This document shows positions 1 to 8,699 of a stretch of DNA of 20,000 nucleotides, piece by piece. Source of the DNA: Chiloscyllium plagiosum (taxonomy: Eukaryota); NCBI RefSeq assembly GCF_004010195.1, contig NC_057751.1:4767615-4787614 (forward strand), read 5' to 3'. Numbering within the stretch: position 1 is the stretch's first letter; every line of letters starts with the position of its first letter. The position numbers and the translations under genes were made by a program. The notes beneath the pieces were generated by a model. The model saw nothing but the letters and a program-made list of their open reading frames with translations, did no database searches and was not told the DNA's origin.

Positions 1-82
1 GAGCAGTGCTCTGGATAAACCTGTTGGTGTTGTGATTTTTAACTTTGTCCACCCCAGTCCAACACCAGCTCCTCCACATCAT
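1..82 (+). mobile_element. Truncated fragment of a second Penelope-type pseudo-LTR repeat family
   Basis: gagcagtgctc hairpin followed by taaacctgttggtgttgtgatttttaactttgtccaccccagtccaacacc matches a recalled shark repeat that carries a hammerhead motif. The 5' core would lie left of the window and the GAAA segment is missing. Confidence 0.5.
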
Positions 83-84
83 TG

Positions 85-290
85 TGAGGAAAGACACAGA
101 CTATCAAACCTTCTTCACCACAGAGTGGGGGGGATCAGAAGCTCACCAAAACCACGTAGAGATGAACAGAGTCAAATCATTTCAGAAGACTCAGAAAAAC
201 ATACAAGGGAGAAAGTCCTGGAATGGAAGCTGATGACGAATTCATGCTCAGAGGAGTGGAAGCTTCATGGTCCTATTCCTCTCTATTGTA
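85..290 (+). mobile_element. Highly decayed CR1 LINE 3' end
   Basis: TFFTTEW...VEMNRVKSFQK resembles the CR1 ORF2 C-terminus FFTQRVV.LWN.LP..VEA.S...FK, followed by a CR1-like 3' UTR. Confidence 0.45.
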
Positions 291-334
291 CATCAGCTGA
301 GATAAATGTCAGCCTTGGCATGTCCTAAAATTCG

Positions 335-684
335 ACAGAGTCATAGAGTCATACAACATGGAAACAAACCCTTTGGTCTAACTCATCCGTGCTGAACAAA
401 ACATCCAATCTGACCTAGTCCCATTTGCCAGCACTTGATCCATATCCCTGTAAACCCTTCCTATTCATATACCTATCCAAACTCCTTTCAAATGTTGGAA
501 TTGTACCCACCTCCACCACTTCTTCCAGCAGTTCACTCCATACCTGCACCACCTTCTGTCCCTCAGGTCCCTTTAAATCTTTCCCCTCTCATCTTAAACT
601 ATGTCCTTTACTTTTGGAATCCCCCATCCTCGGAAAAAAGATCTTGGCTTTTCAACCTATGCAAACCCTTCATGATTTTACAAA
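335..684 (-). mobile_element. CR1 LINE 3' fragment
   Basis: (catagagt)n tail at 335-352, CR1 3' UTR and ORF2 C-terminal sequence (ccacctccaccacttcttccagcagttcactcca) on the reverse strand. Confidence 0.85.
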
Positions 685-1006
685 TAGTGGGTCAGAACTT
701 GTCACATGGAATATAAAAGGTGGGAAAATGGCAAGTTATGCACTTGGCTGTTTCTAACTGAAATCTTTCTCAATTTAAATGATATTTTACTCATCTATTC
801 TTCCAGTCACAGAGGGGATTGAGGGTCCTCATTCAGAAATCACAACAGGTTGGCATGCAAGTTCAGGTGGTAAGAGGGCAGGCAAATTATATGTTAGTCA
901 TTATTTCAAAGGAAATTAAGTATAAAATAGCAAAGTCCTGCAATAATTATACAAGGAACTAGTTAGATCACACCAAGAAAATTATGAATAGATCTAGTCC
1001 CCTTAT

Positions 1007-1145
1007 TCCCCTTAGATTCCTGATGAAGGTCTTATGCCTGAAATGTCAATTCTCCTGCGCCTCGGATGCTGCCTGACTTGCTGTGCTTTTCCAGTGCCAC
1101 ACTCTTGTCTCTGAGCTCCAGCATTTGCAGTCCTCACTTTCTCTC
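1007..1145 (+). mobile_element. Short Penelope pseudo-LTR-type element with hammerhead motif and 10-bp TSD
   Basis: gtccccttat at 997-1006 and 1146-1155; body ctgatgaagg...gatgctgcctgacttgctgtgcttttccag shared with the copies at 2870, 7831, 8201 and 8294. Confidence 0.85.
1016..1050 (+). ncRNA. Minimal type I hammerhead ribozyme motif (partly decayed)
   Basis: AUUC-CUGAUGA(1020-1026)-[AGGU cuuau GCCU]-GAAA(1040-1043)-UGUC-AAU; catalytic core intact, stem I and III positions altered by apparent CpG decay. Confidence 0.6.
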
Positions 1146-1519
1146 GTCCCCTTATCTAAAGAAAAGATATACTGGCTTTGGAGGCAGGCCAGAGAAGGTT
1201 CACTGTGTTGATCCCAAGCATGGAGGGATTTTATGAGAAGAGATTGAGCCAATTGGGCCGAGAGTCTGAGGAGTTCAGAAAAATGGGACCTGAGCTTGCT
1301 GCATGCAATGTTCAAGATTCTGAAGGGACTTAACAGGGTAGAGGTTGTTTCTCCTTGTGGGAGAGTCGAGGACCAGATGGTGTAATCTCAGAATTAGGGG
1401 TTTCTTACTTAAAATACAGGTGAGGGGAAATAGCACAGTGAAACTATGGAATTCTTTGCCACAGCGGACTGTAGAGATCATGTCCTTAAATATATTCAAG
1501 GATGGAACCAAGAAAAAAA

Positions 1520-1660
1520 GTTTGCATTTATATAATGACATTCATGACCTGAAGATGTCCCAAAGACGTTCACAGCCAATGAATGAATGTTTGAAATGCA
1601 GTCACTGTCATTATGTTGCAAGCTCCTACACAACATCAGTGTGAAAATTACTGGATCAGT
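1520..1660 (-). mobile_element. Deu-domain SINE (SacSINE1-like) 3' fragment
   Basis: ttgcatttatata...gatgtcccaaagacgttcacagccaatgaa...tgcagtcactgt; same family as 7401-7814. Confidence 0.7.
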
Positions 1661-2551
1661 TGTTGTTAAGTATTTGGCAGGGAGTTAATACAATCTATAA
1701 GTGAAGATGCCATTTGTTTCCTGTGCTTCTGAATTTGTTTATTCACAATTTCAGACTTGGTAACCACAAAATCTCTCCAAAGGCTACAGTTATTAACCTC
1801 TTCCGATTGAGCCTTCATTGTTATCTAGGTTTATGATTCCAGAATGAAATCCCTTGGAAGAAGAATCTGCTGTGCAGCCACACTCAGAGTCGCTGTCCAC
1901 AGTGCAATCCTCCAACTCTCAGATCAAAACTGGGAGGAGTTGATTCCCTACTGAATTGATAGCCAGCCACAAAAGAAACAAGGCTGCTGCTTCTCTGTGT
2001 AGAGAAGGGATGTTCCACCCAGATGAACCTGAATGATAATACTCAGCAGAGACAAGAATAAGGCCGTTGTGAATGGTGAACCTGCTACCAGCAGCTTCAA
2101 ACCCAGTGCCAGTGTGGGACATGGTACATTGACTCCCAATGACCAGCTCATCAAACACTGATGTTTGCTCTCACGCAGATGGGCATCCCTTGCAGGTTTC
2201 ATTTTAATTTGTAAAAGTAAATACACTTTGTTATTTCCTGCATTGTGCAACCTTGAGGACCAGGAGAAGAAGTGCACAGTTGTAATCTCTCCCTTTATGC
2301 TCCATGAGTGTGTGAAAGAACCGGTCAGAGCGTGTCTGTTTGCACAACACTGAGTCTGTACTTGCTGTCTCTTTCCCTTTAGCAGCCTGGGTTTGTTTGC
2401 CTTTTCCTCTCTGTCAAAAAGTAACCATTTTCAACAACTCATTACCTCTAACAATTGATGTCCTGGCCTTCTTGCCATTCCTTTTGTTATCTGCAAATAA
2501 CAATTCAACAGGTGCCTGGAGAGATTGTAAGTGTCTGCACAAACACTAAGG

Positions 2552-2836
2552 ATCACGGTGGCACAGTGGTTAGCACTGCTGCCTTACAGCACCAGAGATC
2601 AGGGTTCAATTCCTGCCTCGGGCAACTGACTGTGTGGAGTTTGCATATTCTCCCCGTGTCTGCGTGGGTCCCCTCCGGGTTTCCTCCCACAATCCAAAAA
2701 TGTGCAGGTCAGGTGAATTGGCCATGCTAAACTGCCCGTAGTGTTAGGTGAAGGGGTAGGGGTGGGTTGCGCTTCAGCGGGTCAGTGTGGACTTGTTGGG
2801 CCGAAGGGCCTGTTTCTACACTGTAAGTAATCTAAT
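2552..2836 (+). mobile_element. HE1-type tRNA-derived SINE (V-SINE), near full length
   Basis: Pol III box A tggcacagtgg (2559-2569), box B ggttcaattcc (2603-2613), central tgtgtggagtttgcatattctccccgtgtctgcgtggg, CR1-like tail ttgggccgaagggcctgtttctacactgtaagtaatctaat; possible 7-bp TSD atcacgg (2552-2558/2837-2843). Confidence 0.92.
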
Positions 2837-2869
2837 ATCACGGAGGGCAACAAACACTTCACCAAAACC

Positions 2870-2965
2870 CTCATTCCTGATGAAGGGTTTATGCCCAAAA
2901 CATCGATTCTCCTGCTCCTCAGATGCTGCCTGACCTGCTGTGCTTTTCCAGCATCACATTGCTCG
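2870..2965 (+). mobile_element. Short Penelope pseudo-LTR-type element with 9-bp TSD and mutated hammerhead
   Basis: accaaaacc at 2861-2869 and 2966-2974; CUGAUGA at 2877-2883, stem GGGU uuau GCCC, but GAAA reads AAAA and GUC reads AUC. Confidence 0.85.
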
Positions 2966-3071
2966 ACCAAAACCAAGGCCAATGTTGGCTCCTGTGGTTT
3001 TCACTGCAGTCCCTTCCTCATCTCCTCCCACACATTCGGCACCACAAGCTCTTGGTGTTACTTCTGAAGCA

Positions 3072-4785
3072 ATAACATAGAAACATTGAAAACAAAAGCA
3101 GGAGGAGGCCATTCAGCCTTTCAAACATGCTCTGCCATTCAATGCAATCACGGCTGACCATCCAATCCAATACTCTGTTCCCACTGTCTTGCCCATAAAC
3201 TTAGTTCTCTTCAGCCCAAAGAACTACATTTTACTTCTGCTTGAAAAAAATTCAAAGTTATGGCTTCAACTGGTTTCTGTGACAGAGAATTCCACAGTCT
3301 CACTATTCTCCAGGTGAAGACATTTCTCCTCATCGCAGTTCAAAATGGCCTACAGAGTGTCCTCAGACTGTGACCTGTGCTTCTGGACTCCTCAGTCTTT
3401 GGGAAAACTCTGTGTGCATTTACCCTGTCTCGTCTTGTTCACATTTTGTAAGGTTCTGTGAGATCTCCCCTGCCCCTCAGTCTGAACTCCAACGAAAAGA
3501 GTACAACGCCATTCAATCTCTCTTAATAATACATCAGCCCTGCCATCGCAGGAATCAGACTGGTAAACTTTCACTGCACTCCCTCCAAAATCAGACCATC
3601 CATCTTCAAATAAGGAAGCAAAACTACACACAATATTCTTGGCATGGTCGCACCAAGGTCCAGTACAATTGCAGCAAGACAACCCTGCTCCTGTACTTGA
3701 ATTCTCCCAATGTGAAAGTTTACCTTCTTCCCCACCTGCTGCATCTACATGCTTACTTTCGACAACAAGTGCACAAGGATCTGGTCTTGTTGCACCTCCC
3801 CCTTTCCAAGTCTATTGCTATTCAGGTATTAATCTGAATTTATTGAATTTATTGTCACGTGTACAGAGGCACAGTGAAAAGCTTTGTCTTGCGAGCAATA
3901 CAGGCAGATCACAGAGTTAAGTAGCATAGGTAAGTTAATATTAGGTAAACAGCAGCAAACACAAAAACACAGGTACAGGTGAGTGTTGAGAGTTTGTGAG
4001 TCCATTCAGCATTCTAACAACAGTATGGTAGAAACGGTTACAAAACCAGCTGGTGCTTCTGTACCTTCTCCCCGATGGTAGAGGTTGGAGAAAAACATTG
4101 CCAAGGTGGGATGGATCTTTGAGAATGCTGGCGGCCTTTCCTTGACAGCGAGCCTGGTAGATGGATTCTATAGATGGGAGGTTGGCCTTTGTGATTGTCC
4201 GGGCTGAGTTCACCACTCTCTGCAATGTTCTCTGATCTTAAATTGTACAGTTGCCATACCAGATAGTAATACATTCAGACAGAATGCTCTATATGGCGCA
4301 CCTATAAAAGTTGGCAAGGATATTCGCCGTCATGCCAAACTTCCTCAGCTGCCTGAGGAAGAAGAGACATTGTTGGGCCTTTGTAACCAGTGCGTCCATA
4401 TGAAGAGTCCAAGAAAGCTTGTTATGGCTGCTCCCAGGAGTTTGACACTCTCCACTCGTTCCACCTCTGTGCTGTTAATGTGTAGTGGGGGGGATGAGTA
4501 ACATCCCGCTGAAAGTCAATAATGAGTTCCTTGGTTTTTCTGGCATTGAGAGTTAGGTTGTTCTCAGTGCACTATTTTTCCAGGTCTTCCACCTCCTGTC
4601 TGTAGTCTGTTTCATCGCCAGCTGAGATTCAACTGACAATGGTGGTGTCATCAGCCAACTTGTAAATGGCATTAGTCTAGTGTCTGTCTGCTCGTTTCTT
4701 GCTGCCGAAATGAATAACCTCACATTCATCGATATTATACTTCATCTGTCATCTTCATACTGCCCACTCACTCCAGTTGTCGAGT
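3072..4785 (-). mobile_element. CR1 LINE 3' fragment split by a Rex1/Babar insertion (pieces 3072-3835 and 4679-4785)
   Basis: Tail aacatagaaacattgaa, 3' UTR gcaggaggaggccattcagcc, ORF2 sequence; CR1 sequence resumes at 4679 (gaataacctcacatt...ctgcccactcac). Confidence 0.85.
3836..4678 (-). mobile_element. Rex1/Babar-clade LINE, 5'-truncated, comparatively young
   Basis: Reverse translation IYKLADDTTIVS*ISAGDETDYRQEVEDLEK*CTENNLTLNARKTKELIIDF (RT catalytic motif) and C-terminus QRVVNSARTITKANLPSIESIYQARCQGKAASILKDPSHLGNVFLQPLPSGRRYRS; (aataaattc)2 tail. Confidence 0.88.
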
Positions 4786-5199
4786 TAACAGCAGCAGGAA
4801 GCCTTCAGTTCACAACTCTGGAATTTGGTGAGACGGACTGGCATTGTCTGGAGATCTATGGCATAGGCAACAGGGAAGGATTGGATAAGTGGGCCCAAGG
4901 TGTGATTGGATCCGGAAGGCCTGGGTTGGAGTAGGGTGAAATGGGCTCAAACTGGGAGATGTGGGTGGGAAGGGGCAATCTCTACATGTCCAACATGTGT
5001 TCAGGACACTGAGGCAGCAATCCATGGCTCACAAGGAATTTGTTCAATGAGCAATACCCCTTCAGAACAATAGAAATTATATACCACAGCCTTCATTAAG
5101 AATGCTGACAAGGTTTACTCTGTCACTTCTCAGTTTGTTTATATACTAAATCAGAACATCTAACACTTGGATGTGGGGGAAGTATGACAAAATATTGCC

Positions 5200-5377
5200 C
5201 ACGAACTCACAGAAATCACAACACCATCCTGGACAAAGCAGCCCACTTGACTGACACCACATTCATAAACATGGGCTCCCTTCACCACCAACGCACAATG
5301 GCAACACGGTCTATGTGTCATCTACAAGATGTCCAATTTCAGTGCAACAATTCAGTAAGGCTCTTTCAATGACATCC
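5200..5377 (+). mobile_element. Fragment of a distinct CR1/L2-superfamily LINE (ORF2 C-terminal region)
   Basis: TILDKAAHLTDTTFINMGSLHHQRTMA resembles the recalled 'IQDKAARLIG....SLHHRR.VA' LINE motif. Confidence 0.6.
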
Positions 5378-5954
5378 TGCCTCGAGCCAACTGCATTTTC
5401 CATATGCTTTGAAGAGTCTTCAAATAAACTAATTCCTGTCTCTGAAGGTCAGACTCAAAAGTCAAGCCTCCAAGTTTATAAACTGAACCAGATGCCACAC
5501 TCCATTAAATGTGCTCTAACCTTCAACAGCAAAGTCATAACAACTACCACTTACCAGGTAAAGCAGCTTGGAGGGAAGATCAACTTGAGGCCACGTGCAA
5601 GTGACAGACTGTAGAACATCCAAGATACACAATGTAATTTCCTTGCATGTCTGTTCTCCATAGCCACAACCATTAGTTTCCACTCTTTCTGCAGTCTCTC
5701 TGTGCAGTTAGTTTCAATCACTTGCATGTGACGTAACCAAGCAAAACCTGTGGATTACTGATGTAGTCAAATGAACGATCCCAGAAGATAAAATTAGCAC
5801 CACAGATCAACGGGAGATCAGACTTTGTGAAAGAAATGACCCAGGGGATCACATCCACCAATCTGTCTCAGACGACATGCCACCTGTCCCTACTCATAAA
5901 CACTTCCAGATCTCTCTTCAATCTATCAGTCTGAGTTCATCCTGCCAGGCAGTT

Positions 5955-6030
5955 CGAGGAATAGCAACAGTGGGATTGGAACCAGGAACTTGAGGACTCC
6001 AAGACAGTGCTACACACCAACTGACCAAGA
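5955..6030 (-). mobile_element. tRNA-derived SINE head remnant
   Basis: Reverse strand reads ttggtcagttggtgtgtagcactgtc...ggttccaatcccac, i.e. degenerate box A and box B. Confidence 0.4.
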
Positions 6031-6194
6031 CAGGGCCACTGTTCCCTTGGGTTCTATCCACATCAAGGATGTGACTGTGATGGGCTGGAGTGAGGTGGGC
6101 TGGAGGCATGGAGCAGAGTGGGATGGTTGTTGGACTTTGGAGATAGGCTTAGGCAGTTATCAGCTTGCAAGGCTGGTCAGACCACGTGTGGAAA

Positions 6195-6477
6195 CACCTG
6201 CACTGATCTACTGCAATGTCATGTTCACCTGTAATCTGTTTATCTGACTATAATGCTCATCCTTTTAACTAGATGTCTTATTTTCTAACTTGTACTATAA
6301 ATTGCTGTGAGGTAATGTAACCTTTTTCTTCTTTATTTCTCTTTTTTCTGTCTTGGATTTGTACCATTGTACTTTGTACCTAAGATGGCCATGTGAGGGG
6401 CAACATTGTAAACTTTTCACTATATTCCTGTATTTCAAGACCTGAGTACATTTGACATTAAAACCTAATTGTAATTC
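6195..6477 (+). mobile_element. LINE 3' UTR fragment, Rex1/Babar-like tail
   Basis: Ends aaacttttcact...gagtacatttgacattaaa, similar to the tail of the 3836-4678 element (aagcttttcactgtg...gtacacgtgacaataaa). Confidence 0.5.
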
Positions 6478-6482
6478 CAATT

Positions 6483-6890
6483 GAGAGGGTGGAGATGATG
6501 CGACTGCTCTCCTTGAAGAGGAAGAGGCTGAGAGGAGATTCAATGCATCTCAGGAGTGGTCAGGGCAGAGTGGGTAGGGAGAAACAGATCCCACTCGCAA
6601 ACAGATCAAGTAACAGATATCACAAAAGGAGCAAGCAGCAATGTGAGAAAACTCTTTTTCACACACTGAGTTGTCAGTTAGGGTCTGGAGTGGAACGCCT
6701 GGAAATATGGTGAAGGCAGGTTCAAAGTAAGCATTTAAGAGGGTACTCAATGATAACAAATAAAAACAAAGCACACTGCTATAAGGTAAAGGCAGGAGAT
6801 TGGCACTCAATGAAAATGCTGAGAGAGAGGTAGAGTGGACAGGGTGAGCCAAATGGCCTCCTTCTGCATCTTAACAGTTCTCAGATTCTA
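6483..6890 (+). mobile_element. CR1 LINE 3' end (old)
   Basis: LLSLKRKRLRGD (CR1 LFSLE.RRLRGDL motif), tttttcacacactgagttgt, 3' stem-loop gagccaaatggcctccttctg and attct tail. Confidence 0.8.
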
Positions 6891-7400
6891 CGTTCTCACA
6901 TCATTCCATTGTCAGGTCCCTGGTAAGCTTGACAGCTCATCCTCCCCCATCACTTTTATTGAGGTCATTTCTCCAGATGAACAAACTGATCCAGCCCCAG
7001 CCAAATGTTTCCCCACTGTGATCTGATTGCAAGGCTCAAAAGTTACCATGTGCCTGGAGGGAGGGGTCTGTGATAATGGCAGCACAGCGTTATGACACTG
7101 TTGGAGCTGTACAGTGGCTGGTACTGTCTCAAAGTTTGCCATGCCAACATTTCACTGACTGTCCCACCAAGAGCTACCTCCTTAACCCCCGCATCACCCA
7201 GCCCAGCACCCCTCCCCCCACTCTGAGTAACTTGTTGGCTATTGCTGCACCTTCAGCATGTGGAGTTTGAGAGGTGAAAATCCCTTGGGCTTTCTTGAAA
7301 CCATTAACATTAACTCTTTCTTCCCTCAGCAATGGATAAGAGTTTGGCATTTTTACTTCAACCTGATCCTTACTTTTGACATTCCATTTCAAAGAAAGAT

Positions 7401-7814
7401 GTGCATTTATGTTGCATGTTTACTGCTATGTGACAAAGAGCATAGCAGCTCATGAGTACCATTTGAACTCAGTCACTATTGTAATGTTGGAAAACACAGC
7501 AGCCAATTTGCAGAAAGCAAACTCCCAAAACGAGTTTTGGGATCAATGGTCGGATCATCTCATCCTGGTGATGTCAATTGAGTAATCAATATTGGACAGA
7601 GCACCCAAGAGAACTCCCCAGCTCTTCTGCAAGGCCAGCTTTTCCATCCTCCTGAAGGAGTGGTCGTGGCTTCGTTGCAGAGACAGCATCTTTGACAGTG
7701 CAGCACACCTTCAGCACTGTATTGGGAGGGTGATGCAAACGCTGGAAGCAGAATTAAATCGAGAACCTCAGAACTCAGAAACAAGAATGTCACCGACTCA
7801 ATTTCAGTTGACAC
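7401..7814 (-). mobile_element. Deu-domain SINE (SacSINE1-like), near full length, old
   Basis: cagtcactattgtaatg, gcagccaatttgcagaaagcaaactccca, aatattggacagagcacccaagagaactcccc, ttgacagtgcagcacaccttcagcactg and a decayed tRNA head, in the expected order. Confidence 0.75.
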
Positions 7815-7830
7815 AGTTAAGCTGCTCCTG

Positions 7831-8167
7831 TGGTAAAAACAAGGACTGCAGATGCTGGAAACCAGATTCTGGATTAGAGTGGTGCTGGAAAAGCACAGCA
7901 GGTCAGGCAGCATCCGAGGAGCAGGAAAATTGACGTTTCAGGCAAAAGCCCTTCATCAGGAATACAGGCAGGGTGCCTGCAGAGCGGAGAGATAAATGAG
8001 AGCGGGGTGGGGAGATAGTATGACCTTGGGGTTACAGTGAGAGAGAGACTCAATGAGATTCTTGTAGAGAGAGGAGGAAAACTTCTTCAAGGCAGGCATC
8101 CTTGCAAGAGGATTCGCAATAGGGTTAAAATCAACTTGGTAAAAACAAGGACTAGGGCAGATGCTGG
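7831..8167 (-). mobile_element. Internally deleted Penelope-like element: pseudo-LTR with hammerhead, short internal remnant and terminal redundancy (306-bp period)
   Basis: Direct repeat tggtaaaaacaaggact(..)gcagatgctgg at 7831-7858 and 8137-8167; hammerhead at 7928-7963. Confidence 0.8.
7928..7963 (-). ncRNA. Minimal type I hammerhead ribozyme motif (best-preserved core)
   Basis: Reverse strand AUUC-CUGAUGA-A-[GGGC uuuu GCCU]-GAAA-C-GUC-AAUU; palindromic ACGU in place of stem III; first stem I pair mismatched. Confidence 0.7.
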
Positions 8168-8200
8168 TGTCCACTGAGACTAGTGTGAAAGATGAAGTAT

Positions 8201-8404
8201 TGAGAGTGTGGTGCTGGAATAGCACAGCAGGTCAGACAGAACCCCAGGAGCAGGGGATTCAACATTTCGGGATTACGTCCTTCATCAGGAATACCCAAAA
8301 CGTTGATTCTCCTGCTCCTGGGGTGCTGCCTGACCTGCTGTGCTTTTCCAACACCACGCTCTCAACTCTGATCTCCAGCATCTGCACTCCTCATTTCCCC
8401 TCCC
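8201..8404. mobile_element. Inverted pair of Penelope pseudo-LTR fragments inserted as one unit, 15-bp TSD
   Basis: Arms 8200-8271 (-) and 8294-8365 (+) are reverse complements sharing the variant ccccaggagcagg; TSD tgaaagatgaagtat (8186-8200) / tgaaagattaagtat (8405-8419). Confidence 0.85.
8257..8292 (-). ncRNA. Minimal hammerhead ribozyme motif
   Basis: Reverse strand AUUC-CUGAUGA-A[GGA cguaa UCC]C-GAAA-U-GUU-GAAU; stem I AUUC/GAAU pairs perfectly. Confidence 0.6.
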
Positions 8405-8419
8405 TGAAAGATTAAGTAT

Positions 8420-8625
8420 CACAGGAACAAAAGGAAGACATCCAGCTTTTTGAACCAGTTGTACCATTCAATTTGGTCATGGCTGATCTGGATGTGAACT
8501 CCATAAATGCACCTTGTTCTGTAACCCCTCGTACAAACCCAACTAAAATCAACCAAATTCTGTTTCCAACCTTCCAGCCAAAATCCCAGCTTCACCAATA
8601 GTGTTAGACTCCAGACTCCCCTTTG
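8420..8625 (-). mobile_element. Decayed CR1 3' UTR
   Basis: caggaacaaaaggaagacatccagc...ccattcaatttggtcatggctgatct is the reverse of the CR1 3' UTR. Confidence 0.65.
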
Positions 8626-8699
8626 AGGAATTTCTGAACACCAAGTCAGCCCCAGAGATTCTGTTAACAGTATGAGATCTTCTCAACTCTGTCTCTAGA

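Larger units (their letters stand above)
808..1504 (+). mobile_element. CR1 LINE ORF2 3' fragment, interrupted at 1007-1145
   Basis: CR1 motifs (gcaggcaaattatatgttag, ccagagaaggttcactg, VKLWNSLPQRTVEIMSLNIFK); the CR1 sequence resumes after the insertion. Confidence 0.85.

Noticed and set aside
1955..2002. Plus-strand peptide IDSQPQKKQGCCFSV* resembling a prenylated small-GTPase tail
   Set aside because: Preceded by an in-frame TGA with no suitable acceptor, and no GTPase exons were found.
2552..2620. tRNA gene
   Set aside because: Box A/B are followed directly by SINE body and LINE-like tail; it is a SINE head with no complete cloverleaf.
3370..3920. Longest ORFs in the track (155 aa and overlapping frames)
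   Set aside because: Antisense or off-frame readings of a CR1 fragment.
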